Shown one piece after another: positions 18,651 to 27,867 of a stretch of DNA of 64,000 nucleotides. The notes under the pieces are model-generated. The model was not told where the DNA came from. It saw only the letters and a list, made by a program, of their open reading frames with translations, and did not search any database. The position numbers were made by a program, and so were the translations under genes. The number at the start of each line of letters is the position of its first letter. Positions within the stretch are counted from its first letter, which is position 1. Location of the stretch: NCBI GenBank assembly GCA_029260015.1, contig JAJDEB010000034.1, positions 49,546-113,545 on the forward strand. The letters run 5' to 3'. Source of the DNA: Phycisphaerae bacterium. GTDB lineage: Bacteria; Planctomycetota; Phycisphaerae; UBA1845.

Positions 18651-19715
18651 CTAACCAATATTGGCCAGAGTCTGGGCTTCACCGCCCGATTGGCTCGTCG
18701 CTGTTGCCTGCCCCGATCCGCTGCCCTGCCCCAATCGATTCGTGATGGCATCGTTGAATCGATGCTCTAAAAACGTTCCCGCCGCTTTGACCGCATTACG
18801 GATAGCCCGCTCTTCACTTCGACCGTGGCAGATCATGCACACGCCGTTGATACCCAGCAGCGGAGCACCACCGTATTCACTAAAGTCGTGACGCTGCCAG
18901 ACTCGGTGCAGTGCGGCATCGAACTTCTGCTTCGTCGTTTCATCATCATCCTGAAATTCGCGCGAGATCGTCTTGAATAATCCTTCCGACAAACCTTCGA
19001 TGAATTTAAGGAGAATATTGCCAACAAAACCGTCGCTCACTGCGACATCGCACTTGTTTTGAAACAGTTCACGACCTTCAACGTTGCCAACAAAACGAAT
19101 CGCCTTGTCGCGGCTCAGCAACTCGTGCGTTTTCTTGATGACATCGGTGCCCTTCAGGCTCTCTTCGCCTATGGAAACCAAGCCGACCCGCGGTGACTCA
19201 ACGCCCAACACCGTTTTGGAGTATTCGGTGGCGAGGACAGCGTATTCGTAAAGGTGTTGCGGTCGCGCTTGAATATTGGCGCCAACGTCACACAGTGTCA
19301 CCGGACCGTGAAAACTGGGCAGCGCCACAGCAATGCCCGGACGCGAGATACACGGCAGCGATCGCATCCGAAGCTGAGCGGCGGCTGCGCACGCGCCAGT
19401 GTTTCCGGCACTGATGATGGCATCGACTTTTCGGTCGGCTGCCAACCGCGCTAAGACCATGATGGAAGAATCTTTCTTCTTGCGCAGCGCGTCGGTCGGC
19501 GATTCGGACATTTCCACAATTTCGGATGCGTGAACGATCTCGCACCGTTTGGGAACGCCGCCCATCGCCGCGAGGTGATCGCGAATCACCTTTTCATCAC
19601 CGACCAGGAACAATTCAATTTGTTCGAAATCTGCGAGTGCCTGCAAAGAACCGCGGATAATCGCGCCGGGTGCGTGATCGCCCCCCATTGCATCAACGCC
19701 TATCCGCATAGGCAT
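18651..19715 (-). CDS. plsX: Phosphate acyltransferase PlsX
   Basis: DAMGGDHAP, SAGNTGA, DVGAN, DGFVGN, YGGAPLLG, HGRS. Confidence 0.97.
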   Translation of the reverse strand: MPMRIGVDAMGGDHAPGAIIRGSLQALADFEQIELFLVGDEKVIRDHLAAMGGVPKRCEIVHASEIVEMSESPTDALRKKKDSSIMVLARLAADRKVDAIISAGNTGACAAAAQLRMRSLPCISRPGIAVALPSFHGPVTLCDVGANIQARPQHLYEYAVLATEYSKTVLGVESPRVGLVSIGEESLKGTDVIKKTHELLSRDKAIRFVGNVEGRELFQNKCDVAVSDGFVGNILLKFIEGLSEGLFKTISREFQDDDETTKQKFDAALHRVWQRHDFSEYGGAPLLGINGVCMICHGRSEERAIRNAVKAAGTFLEHRFNDAITNRLGQGSGSGQATATSQSGGEAQTLANIG

Positions 19716-19900
19716 TACTCAACCTCGCTACGCGATGGGAGCAAGACGCGCGCACTGGCGTATCCGCATTGTTCGCACGCGCAATGGGGAAGTTTGGCCT
19801 TGCCGCACTTCGGACATGCCACAAGGTTTGGTTTCGACAGCGCGTGATGAGCACGACGCGTCCGCTTGCGACACTTCGACTTCTTCTTTACCGGTAACAT
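19715..19900 (-). CDS. rpmF: 50S ribosomal protein L32 (Zn-binding C+ type)
   Basis: PVKKKSK..RRAH, CPKCG...PHCACEQCG; upstream of plsX. Confidence 0.95.
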   Translation of the reverse strand: MLPVKKKSKCRKRTRRAHHALSKPNLVACPKCGKAKLPHCACEQCGYASARVLLPSRSEVE

Positions 19901-20122
19901 CAGCTATTTCCTCTTTTCAAACCAAGGCACCGTTTGACCCCTAAGCCAATAAGTTCAGAAACCGTTTGGCACAAAAACCGTTTGGCACAGAAGCCGTCTC
20001 CGCCCGGAAACCTCGATCCGAACAAAACCCGTACAGTCTGGAGTGGTACAATGGTAAACTCAATCGCGACAAGGTATGAATGAGCCTCCATTCTGTCAAG
20101 CATTCCGTGAATTGATCGGGAT

Positions 20123-20791
20123 TCAGAATGCACCCTCCGATGGGCAATCGGTGGCCAATTCACATGTTTCGCAGGCAGGTTTTCTTGCCGAGCACACCTT
20201 GCGGCCGTGCCATATCAGGGCGTGGGACAGGTAGGTCCAATCCTTCTGGGGGATGATTCGCATCAGGTCTCTTTCGATTCGGATCGCATCTTTGGTGTCC
20301 TTGTGGTTCCACGTCAACCGCAGGCGGTCGGCCAACCGCCCCACATGGGTGTCCACGACGACCCCCACATTCTTCCCGAACCAGGTTCCCAGGACCACGT
20401 TGGCAGTCTTTCGGGCGACTCCGGGGAGCGTCACCAACTCCTCGATGCTCTCAGGGACCTGTCCCTCGAATTCATCAACGATCCGCCGTGCCGCTCCGAC
20501 GATGTTCTTGGCCTTCTGTCGAAAGAAACCGGTCGGATGGATGATCTCTTGAACGTCTTCCTGCCCAGCCACCGCGAGCGAATCTGCGTCTGGATACGCC
20601 TTGAACAGAATAGGCGTAACCTTGTTGACGGTTTCGTCGGTGGATTGCGCGGAAAGTATCGTTGCAATGAGAAGCTCGAACGCATTCTTGTGCGTGAGCG
20701 CGCAGTCGGCGTCACCGTAGGCTTTGCGCAATTTGCGCAGGATGCGTTTCGCCCGCTCGGTGCGCGCTATAATCGTTTCGCGACCGGCCAC
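20123..20791 (-). CDS. nth: Endonuclease III
   Basis: LIATILSAQSTD, HhH LPGVARKTANVVL, VDTHV, Fe-S motif CSARKPACETCELATDC. Confidence 0.96.
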   Translation of the reverse strand: MAGRETIIARTERAKRILRKLRKAYGDADCALTHKNAFELLIATILSAQSTDETVNKVTPILFKAYPDADSLAVAGQEDVQEIIHPTGFFRQKAKNIVGAARRIVDEFEGQVPESIEELVTLPGVARKTANVVLGTWFGKNVGVVVDTHVGRLADRLRLTWNHKDTKDAIRIERDLMRIIPQKDWTYLSHALIWHGRKVCSARKPACETCELATDCPSEGAF

Positions 20792-20792
20792 G

Positions 20793-21497
20793 CTATTGGG
20801 CAGCCTTTGTTTGATCGCCTGGAGACCAACTGGTTTCGCCCGATTCCCAAACTTCGCGTTTCCAGATGGGAACTTCGCGCTTCAATTCGTCGATCAGCCA
20901 GCGGCAGGCTTGGAAGGATTCATCGCGATGACCGCTGGCCACTCCGATCACCACGGACGATTCACCGATGCCCACGGTGCCAACCCTATGACACAACGCG
21001 ATCGAGCAGATGCTCCAGCGCTGCCGAGCCACCACCGCAAGTTTTTGCATTTGGGCGATGGCCATCGATTCGTGGGCTTCATAATCGAGATGCTTGAGCT
21101 GGCCATGAGTGTCGTTTGGTTCGGTCCGCGTTTTGCCAACGAAAACACACACGCCGCCACCGTCACCCGTTGACGTTGACGCAAGATGTGCATAGCAGTG
21201 CGCGATGTTCAGCGGATCGGGTGTCAAGACGATCAAATCGGTGTCGGCCATTCCGCCTGAAACCGGGGGAATGACTGCCACCTGATTGCCTTCGACGAGA
21301 ATATGATCACCCGTGACAAAAGCATCGTCAATCGCAAATCGCACCGAATCGAGACCGGCGCGCCATTTTGGAAATTGCTCTGCCAGTTTAGACGCGAGTT
21401 CCTTAACCGTCGCCCCTTCGGGCAATTCGATGGGCAACGTCTCGCTCCCGACCATGTCGCGGGCAGGTCCGAACAGATTGAGATGGATCGTTTGCAT
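20793..21497 (-). CDS. moaE: Molybdopterin synthase MoaD-MoaE fusion
   Basis: Ubiquitin-like N-domain ending PPVSGG, then MoaE motifs LDYEAH, HRVG, SGHR, LKREVPIWKRE. Confidence 0.92.
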   Translation of the reverse strand: MQTIHLNLFGPARDMVGSETLPIELPEGATVKELASKLAEQFPKWRAGLDSVRFAIDDAFVTGDHILVEGNQVAVIPPVSGGMADTDLIVLTPDPLNIAHCYAHLASTSTGDGGGVCVFVGKTRTEPNDTHGQLKHLDYEAHESMAIAQMQKLAVVARQRWSICSIALCHRVGTVGIGESSVVIGVASGHRDESFQACRWLIDELKREVPIWKREVWESGETSWSPGDQTKAAQ

Positions 21498-21533
21498 GTC
21501 AGCCAAGACCAAAAATGATGCCGAGAAAAAAAA

Positions 21534-22034
21534 TTATCTAAGAAAACCTTTGCCAAGCAAGCGCCGCAGCGATGCCAACTGGCCCGCGTGGAATGCTTCA
21601 TGGCGAACCATGTGGCTGATGGCGCCGGCCTTGGTGTCGTAGTGCGGATGCTTGCCACCGTTCTTGCCAAATGCCGGGTCGCCTAGGATTGCAATATCGA
21701 TTCCGAGAATTGCTTCTTCCACGTTGGCCTGCATTTCTTTCATCTTTGAGATGATGGCATCGGGTGTCGGCCAATCATATTCGGTTGCTGATTTGATGGG
21801 CGCACCGATCGGGAAATGCACCGAGAATTCCGATTCCAAAACGCTCGTATCGAGGCAGCGATTAAACAGCAGAGTATCCTGAGCCGATGCCAAATGCCCG
21901 CATAGCCACAACGCGTGGGCCATTCCGGGTGTGGGTTGAAATGTCCAGTCATCGCCGGATAGGTCCGCGACAAGCATGTCGGTCCATTCGCGGGTGCGGT
22001 GGACCTGATCGCATAGTAGCTCTGGAATCGTCAT
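21534..22034 (-). CDS. DinB/YfiT family protein
   Basis: HALWLCGHLA, RHEAFHAGQLASLRRLLG. Confidence 0.9.
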   Translation of the reverse strand: MTIPELLCDQVHRTREWTDMLVADLSGDDWTFQPTPGMAHALWLCGHLASAQDTLLFNRCLDTSVLESEFSVHFPIGAPIKSATEYDWPTPDAIISKMKEMQANVEEAILGIDIAILGDPAFGKNGGKHPHYDTKAGAISHMVRHEAFHAGQLASLRRLLGKGFLR

Positions 22035-22059
22035 GGTTGGGTCTCCGTCCATAGTGCCA

Positions 22060-23478
22060 CTAAAGCACAATGAGTACATACGCCACTGCAAGCGTCAAAT
22101 GCAGCAGCGCGAAAGGAATCGCCGCTTTGACGAACCCGCCAAAACTCAGCGGGATTTCACTGCGATGAATGACCGTCATCGCGACGAGCGTCGATGCCGA
22201 TCCGATCGGCGTGAGGTTGCCGCCAAGGTTCGCACCGAACACCACCGCCCACCATACCGATGAACTGGCTGGGAATGCAGGGTCATGGTTACCTAGAATT
22301 TGCGCCAGAACCGCAGACAGCGGAATGTTGTCCGTCACACTACTCGCAAGCGCAGATGACACGAGCAGGCTGCCAGTTCCCAGAGTGTCGCCCATGTCCA
22401 ACAGCGCTCCGAGCGCCTTGCCGACTGCATCGAGAACCAGGGCGTGTTCCATGACGTTGATGACCACGAACAAACTCGCAAAAAATCCGAGAAGGTCCCA
22501 ATCCAGCGCCGCGTAGAATTTATTGACCTCATTCTTAAACGCGATGAGCATGATGACCGCGAACGACATTGCCACGAAACCCATCCCCAGGTCTTTGACG
22601 TAAGGCAATATGGATGTCGTCGAAAGCGCCGCGATCAATAGCACAAACGCTACCGCCGACGTGATGAAAAATCGCTTCGATGGAATGCCTTCATTTTCAT
22701 CGAATGATGACACCCGGTCGGCTGCCTCTTTTTTGGCGCCTTCAGTATCCAGTCGCTTGACGCCAAATCGTGAGCGGGCGAGCCACAACGTCGCAATCGT
22801 AGCGACCACGACGAAAGGTGCAGCTTTGAGGAAGAAAGTAGCAAACGATATTCCGGCTCTGTTTCCGATGATGATGTTGGGCACGGAACTGATGAGCGTT
22901 AATAAACCGCCAATATTGGTGAGCAATCCCTCGGTGATGAGGAACCCGAGCAGTTTATCGCTGCGTCCGAGCTTCTTAAGCGACACCGTGGTCAGCGACC
23001 CGATGATGATCATCGCGGTTACGTTGTTGAGAACGGCTGAGAAAACTACCGTCAAGATGCCATAGTAAATCAGCAGCTTGAGCGGATCGCCGCCGGATGC
23101 CTTGGTCAGCTTGATGGCGATCCAACTGAAGATGCCCGACTTGCTGGTGACATCAACAAACAGCGACGCCCCCATGATGATCGCGATGACTTCCCAATCG
23201 ATCGCCGGAATGTAAACAGGCAGGCGAATGGTGTGCTCGCCGATTTTCGCGATCGACTCTTTCGGCAGAATCCCCGTGATTTCACCCAAAAGCAGGCACA
23301 CAATCGCGAAGATGCCGGTGATCAGCGATTTTTTGGCATGGAGTTTTTCTTCGAACGCCAGGCACGCGACCATCGCCAGCAGCAGCCCACCAAACACCAT
23401 CGTGATACTGCTCGACACATGCGGTTCGGCATGGGTGTCGGCTGATGCCAGCAAGATGGTTTGAAGGTTCTGGATCAT
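22060..23478 (-). CDS. ArsB/NhaD/SLC13 ion transporter superfamily permease
   Basis: About 12 TM; SAVLNNVT, NIGGLLTLISSVPNII, DNIP, GANLGGNLTPIGSAST. Confidence 0.88.
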   Translation of the reverse strand: MIQNLQTILLASADTHAEPHVSSSITMVFGGLLLAMVACLAFEEKLHAKKSLITGIFAIVCLLLGEITGILPKESIAKIGEHTIRLPVYIPAIDWEVIAIIMGASLFVDVTSKSGIFSWIAIKLTKASGGDPLKLLIYYGILTVVFSAVLNNVTAMIIIGSLTTVSLKKLGRSDKLLGFLITEGLLTNIGGLLTLISSVPNIIIGNRAGISFATFFLKAAPFVVVATIATLWLARSRFGVKRLDTEGAKKEAADRVSSFDENEGIPSKRFFITSAVAFVLLIAALSTTSILPYVKDLGMGFVAMSFAVIMLIAFKNEVNKFYAALDWDLLGFFASLFVVINVMEHALVLDAVGKALGALLDMGDTLGTGSLLVSSALASSVTDNIPLSAVLAQILGNHDPAFPASSSVWWAVVFGANLGGNLTPIGSASTLVAMTVIHRSEIPLSFGGFVKAAIPFALLHLTLAVAYVLIVL

Positions 23479-23499
23479 GTTTAATTGGGGTCGTGGTGA

Positions 23500-24357
23500 C
23501 TAGAGCAAGAGCAACGGTTGATTGCGAAACTCAAGAGCGATGGCATAGGCCATCGGATGAATGGCCAGGTCTTCAGGATCGTTCGTATTGCACACGAGCA
23601 GATCGCCCTCGTGTTCATCGATGAGGCGATGATAGTCGGTCACGCGATGTCCCAGACGGACAACGGGATTGATGCGGGCATTGACCGATTCGGTTTGCAG
23701 CGCTTCGATACACGATGCGATGTAATCCGTGGGCAGTTGCAAGAGTTTCGCGCGGATCTTTTCTCTTGCGACATCCGTATCGATTTCGGGAATCCGTTCA
23801 ATCATTTCCATGTATTTTTGAAACACACCGTCATCTTCAATGTGACACAAATGCACGACGCCGCCCGGTGCGACGAAGCGCACGCCATAGTTGATGCTCT
23901 TGGGGTCGTCGAGCAGATGATCGGTCATCACCAACACGTCTTGGGCAACTTCGAGGGGTTTTGGTTGACCGTCTGCGTTGGGGCTGGGGGTTACCAGCAC
24001 GGGAATGGTTGTTCCTTGCAGCAGTGTATCAAGATACGTCCCTAAGCTGTGTTCCAGTTCTTGGCGGTTCAAATGCAAATGTCGATGCGTGACAACCAGA
24101 TTGGGCGACTTTGAATGAACAGCGGCCAACATCTGTTGAATGTCCGTAAAATCTTCAGTCCCCAACACCAGAAATTCTTCAGTGTCGATGTTGCTTGCCG
24201 CCAAGTATGAGCGCGCTGATTCAACGTACGCATTCGAGGACTCCCTGGCTGTATCAACCAAGACCGCGACGCGCTCCAGCAGCGGCGGATCGTATTGATA
24301 GCGCGCTTTCTCCGCCGATTTAAAAACCGATTCAAATTGGTCAATTCGATCTGACAT
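23500..24357 (-). CDS. Tandem universal-stress-protein-like (USP fold) protein
   Basis: Two alpha/beta halves; LLQGTTIPVLV and PLLLL ends typical of USP domains; adjacent to the transporter. Confidence 0.55.
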   Translation of the reverse strand: MSDRIDQFESVFKSAEKARYQYDPPLLERVAVLVDTARESSNAYVESARSYLAASNIDTEEFLVLGTEDFTDIQQMLAAVHSKSPNLVVTHRHLHLNRQELEHSLGTYLDTLLQGTTIPVLVTPSPNADGQPKPLEVAQDVLVMTDHLLDDPKSINYGVRFVAPGGVVHLCHIEDDGVFQKYMEMIERIPEIDTDVAREKIRAKLLQLPTDYIASCIEALQTESVNARINPVVRLGHRVTDYHRLIDEHEGDLLVCNTNDPEDLAIHPMAYAIALEFRNQPLLLL

Positions 24358-24396
24358 GGAATTGGGTGTTGTGGCCCCCGGACTCGAGTTTTTAGC

Positions 24397-25251
24397 CTAT
24401 TCGATTGTCAACGTCGGCGCGCCTGCCGATTTTTCGTTGATCGCTTCGACTTCTTTCTTGAACGTTCCAATCAAAACGTCGAGGGCTGCAGTGACCTTGT
24501 CCTGCGATCCGACGAAGTTGTCTTCGAGTTGTCCGGAATCCGCAGACGATCGCACCGAAGCATTAAGCGGAATTGCCCCTAAGAACGGCACGTTTAGACT
24601 GGCTGCCGCTTCTTCCGCTCCACCATTGTCGAAGATTTCGTCGCGGTTACCGCACTTGGGACAAAGGTAGTAGCTCATGTTTTCAACGATGCCAAGGACC
24701 GGCACGTTCAGCGTCTGGTACATCTTCAGCGCCCGCCGGGCGTCCTGCAACGCCAGATCCTGCGGTGTGCATACGACCACGGCACCGGTCATCGGGATTG
24801 ACTGCGCGAGCGTCAGCGCAATGTCCCCGGTTCCCGGTGGCAGATCAACGATCAGGTAATCCAACTCGCCCCAATCGACCTGCTCTAAGAATTGCTTGAG
24901 CAGGCCATGGACCATCGGACCGCGCCAAACGACAGCTTCGTTCGGGTCAATCATGAATCCGACGCTGATGACTTTGATTCCCTTGGCGTCAACCGGGATC
25001 ATCAGCTTGCGGGCTTGGTCAACAGCCGGTTGCTGACCGCCCACGCCCATGAGTGTCGGAACAGACGGTCCGTAGATGTCCGCATCCAGTATCCCGACTT
25101 TCGCACCACTGCGCGATAGTCCGATTCCCAATAACCCGGCGAGCGTGCTCTTACCGACACCACCCTTGCCCGCGCCGACGGCAACTATGTTCTTGACGTT
25201 GGCCAATGATGGGACTCTTCCCGGACGTGGGATGGGTTGCGGGTCAGACAT
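24397..25251 (-). CDS. mrp: Mrp/ApbC/NBP35 Fe-S cluster carrier ATPase
   Basis: GKGGVGKS, DADIYGPS, WRGPM, DLPPGTGD, ENMSYYLCPKC. Confidence 0.95.
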   Translation of the reverse strand: MSDPQPIPRPGRVPSLANVKNIVAVGAGKGGVGKSTLAGLLGIGLSRSGAKVGILDADIYGPSVPTLMGVGGQQPAVDQARKLMIPVDAKGIKVISVGFMIDPNEAVVWRGPMVHGLLKQFLEQVDWGELDYLIVDLPPGTGDIALTLAQSIPMTGAVVVCTPQDLALQDARRALKMYQTLNVPVLGIVENMSYYLCPKCGNRDEIFDNGGAEEAAASLNVPFLGAIPLNASVRSSADSGQLEDNFVGSQDKVTAALDVLIGTFKKEVEAINEKSAGAPTLTIE

Positions 25252-25442
25252 GTCGGCGTTGCTCCTTAACTCGGCGTTCTTCTTCGACTGCGCGATTTGC
25301 TGATCTGTGCAATGCTGTTGAAACGTCAACGGAATATAGTGGTCTGGTGCGGCGTGTCCAATCCGCCCAGGTTGTCGAACACCGGGTTGTCGAATGTCGT
25401 GTGAAACAAGCCTGACCGGGGCATCCGTGTTATCATGTCATC

Positions 25443-27068
25443 ATGGCTGATCAGGACAAAACCAGACTCACCGCCTGGACGGTTGCGGGAATCGGTGTGG
25501 TCACGATCACGCTGGTGCTCGCGGGATTCGGGATGGTGCTCGCCATTCGCCAGACCCAGTTGCTCGCGTCGCAGCGTATCAACGATCTTCGGCCTGAAGC
25601 CCGCCGCGTTCGGGCGGAGATCAATAAGAAAGTGGCGTCGGAACTTGAGAATGCGCTGGAAAACATCTCCGTCAACTGGCGGTCCAGCTTGCGACTGCCT
25701 CCATTTGGGGCAATGAGCCCGCCCGACTGGGTGGACGAAGTGTACATGTTCGACTCGAATTCAGTGGTGATTATCTGGCGACGGACCACCAATCGAGCCT
25801 GGGAACGTACGCCGAGTCTAACGGATCGGACGAAGAATGACGCCCAAGCCCAGGCATCGGTTATGGCTAGGCTTTTTCCACCGCTAATCATGATCCAAGC
25901 TGGCTCGGAATCAGACTCGCTTGAATTCATTCAAGACGTTGAGGCTGGAGCACCTGTCATCATCGCCTACACGACAGACATGCAGGGGGCCAATGGTCCG
26001 ACGATCGTAGCGGCGCGAATGAATCTGCAAAAATTCGTAACCAACGTGGTGGAACCGGCAATTTCGCCCGAGCAATTCTCTTATCAAATCAGCGTGAATC
26101 AAGACGATGATTCGGTCGGAAGCCATTGGGTTGAAAACCTGTCGCCTGCAGTTCCGTTTGTTGAATTGACTCCGAGCAAGCAACTCATTCGCGATCAACA
26201 CAAACTGGTGCAGCGACAGTCGGGTTACTTCATTGTCGGCACAGTTCTGGTAATGTCCGCGCTCATTGGTGTGATGTGGGCGATGTGGCGGGTGTTCAAT
26301 CGAGAATTGGCGCTATCGCGCATGAAACAGTCGTTCGTTGCCGACGTGTCGCACGAACTGAAAACACCGCTTGCCTTGATTCGCTTGTTCGGCGAAACGC
26401 TGCTTTCCGGACGCGTCACCTCTGATGACAAGCGACGGGAATATTACGAAATCATCACGCGCGAAAGCAGCCGACTGACGCATCTGATCAACAACATCCT
26501 CGACTTCGCCCGAATCGATGCCGGTCGAAAACGCTACACGATGTTCGAGTGCGATGTCGCGGCGCTCGTCAAAGAAACATACGAAGCGTATCTGCTGCAA
26601 CTCGACCACGAACAGTTTGAGCATCAACTCATCATCGCGGAGGAGTTGCCACTGATTCAATGCGATCGCGACGCAGTTGCACAGGCTTTGATCAACTTGA
26701 TCAACAATGCGATGAAGTACTCTGATGGCGATGACCGGTTCCTGGGCATTGACGTGTCGGTCGAAACGCGGCGCGGTGGCCACGGTGTTTTGATCAGCGT
26801 GAGCGACCGGGGAATCGGTATCAAACCAGAGGATCGCAACCATTTGTTCACCGATTTCTACCGGGCAAATGATGATCTGGTGCGGGCCCGGCGCGGCGCC
26901 GGTCTGGGGCTGGCCCTTGTGAAACACATCGTAGACGCCCATCATGGTATCGTGGACGTCGAATCGAGGCTGGTCAAAGGTAGTACTTTCCGTATATTCT
27001 TGCCTCAAGCGAGTGCGACAAACCTCATGGAGAACAACGATGCACCGAATTTTGATCGCCGAGGATGA
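25443..27068 (+). CDS. Membrane sensor histidine kinase
   Basis: Two TMs flanking a periplasmic domain; SHELKTPL H-box, NLINNAMKY, DRGIGI, GAGLGL. Confidence 0.95.
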   Translation: MADQDKTRLTAWTVAGIGVVTITLVLAGFGMVLAIRQTQLLASQRINDLRPEARRVRAEINKKVASELENALENISVNWRSSLRLPPFGAMSPPDWVDEVYMFDSNSVVIIWRRTTNRAWERTPSLTDRTKNDAQAQASVMARLFPPLIMIQAGSESDSLEFIQDVEAGAPVIIAYTTDMQGANGPTIVAARMNLQKFVTNVVEPAISPEQFSYQISVNQDDDSVGSHWVENLSPAVPFVELTPSKQLIRDQHKLVQRQSGYFIVGTVLVMSALIGVMWAMWRVFNRELALSRMKQSFVADVSHELKTPLALIRLFGETLLSGRVTSDDKRREYYEIITRESSRLTHLINNILDFARIDAGRKRYTMFECDVAALVKETYEAYLLQLDHEQFEHQLIIAEELPLIQCDRDAVAQALINLINNAMKYSDGDDRFLGIDVSVETRRGGHGVLISVSDRGIGIKPEDRNHLFTDFYRANDDLVRARRGAGLGLALVKHIVDAHHGIVDVESRLVKGSTFRIFLPQASATNLMENNDAPNFDRRG

Positions 27069-27720
27069 GCCGGATATGGCCATGGGATTGCGCGACAATC
27101 TCCAGTTCGAGGGCTATGAGGTCATTGTTGCCTCCGACGGTGAGGAAGCGCTTGAGAAAGCCAACTCCGAACGTCCCGATTTAATCCTTCTTGATGTGAT
27201 GATGCCCAAGCGTGACGGTTTGGAAGTCTGCAAGATGGTGCGCGATGCCGGGTTCACTGTTCCGATACTCATGCTGACGGCTAAGAGTCAGGAAATTGAT
27301 GTGGTTCGAGGCTTGGAAGTCGGTGCGGACGATTACATCACCAAACCGTTTAGCGTTCGCGAAGTGTTGGCCCGCATCAAAGCCGCCCTTCGCCGCAGCG
27401 GTTCGTCAACGTCTGTCGCCAAGATCGTGAAAATCGGGATTGCCGATGTGGACCTTGTCAAAGGCAAAGTCGTCAAGGGCGAGGAAACTTTCAACCTGGG
27501 TCACTTTGAAATCGAAATCCTCAAAATGCTCATCGAACATGCCGAACAACCGGTGGAGCGCAACAACTTGCTTGATGTGATCTGGGGGCTTTCGGCGTTT
27601 CCAGCCAACCGTACGGTGGACAATCACATTGTCAGCCTGCGTCGGAAAATCGAGAAAGACGCCAAGCATCCTCAGCACATTATCACCGTGCATAGCGTCG
27701 GTTATAAATTTATCCCATAG
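27040..27720 (+). CDS. OmpR/PhoB family response regulator
   Basis: ILIAEDE, LLDVMMP, GADDYITKPF, RTVDNHIVSLRRKIE, VGYKF. Confidence 0.95.
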   Translation: MHRILIAEDEPDMAMGLRDNLQFEGYEVIVASDGEEALEKANSERPDLILLDVMMPKRDGLEVCKMVRDAGFTVPILMLTAKSQEIDVVRGLEVGADDYITKPFSVREVLARIKAALRRSGSSTSVAKIVKIGIADVDLVKGKVVKGEETFNLGHFEIEILKMLIEHAEQPVERNNLLDVIWGLSAFPANRTVDNHIVSLRRKIEKDAKHPQHIITVHSVGYKFIP

Positions 27721-27723
27721 CGC

Positions 27724-27851
27724 TAGTGGTTCGTCACTCCCGCGCATGCAGGAGTCCAGAACAAGCAATGTGTAGCACGGCGCTTGGATTCCCGCTTTCG
27801 CGGGAATGACAGTGGAGCGCAACCCGCAAGATGGCGCGTAAGCTTACACTG
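27724..27851 (-). repeat. Palindromic MITE/REP-like element, copy 2 (inverted)
   Basis: Reverse complement aligns with copies 1 and 3; contains ATTCCCGCTTTCGCGGGAAT; one end reads CACTG instead of CACTA. Confidence 0.9.
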
Positions 27852-27867
27852 GTTGTTGCCGATCGCG

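Noticed and set aside
13874-19900. Type II PKS or ladderane-type cluster
   Set aside because: The order rpmF-plsX-fabH-fabD-fabG-acpP-fabF is canonical, with no chain-length factor or tailoring enzymes.
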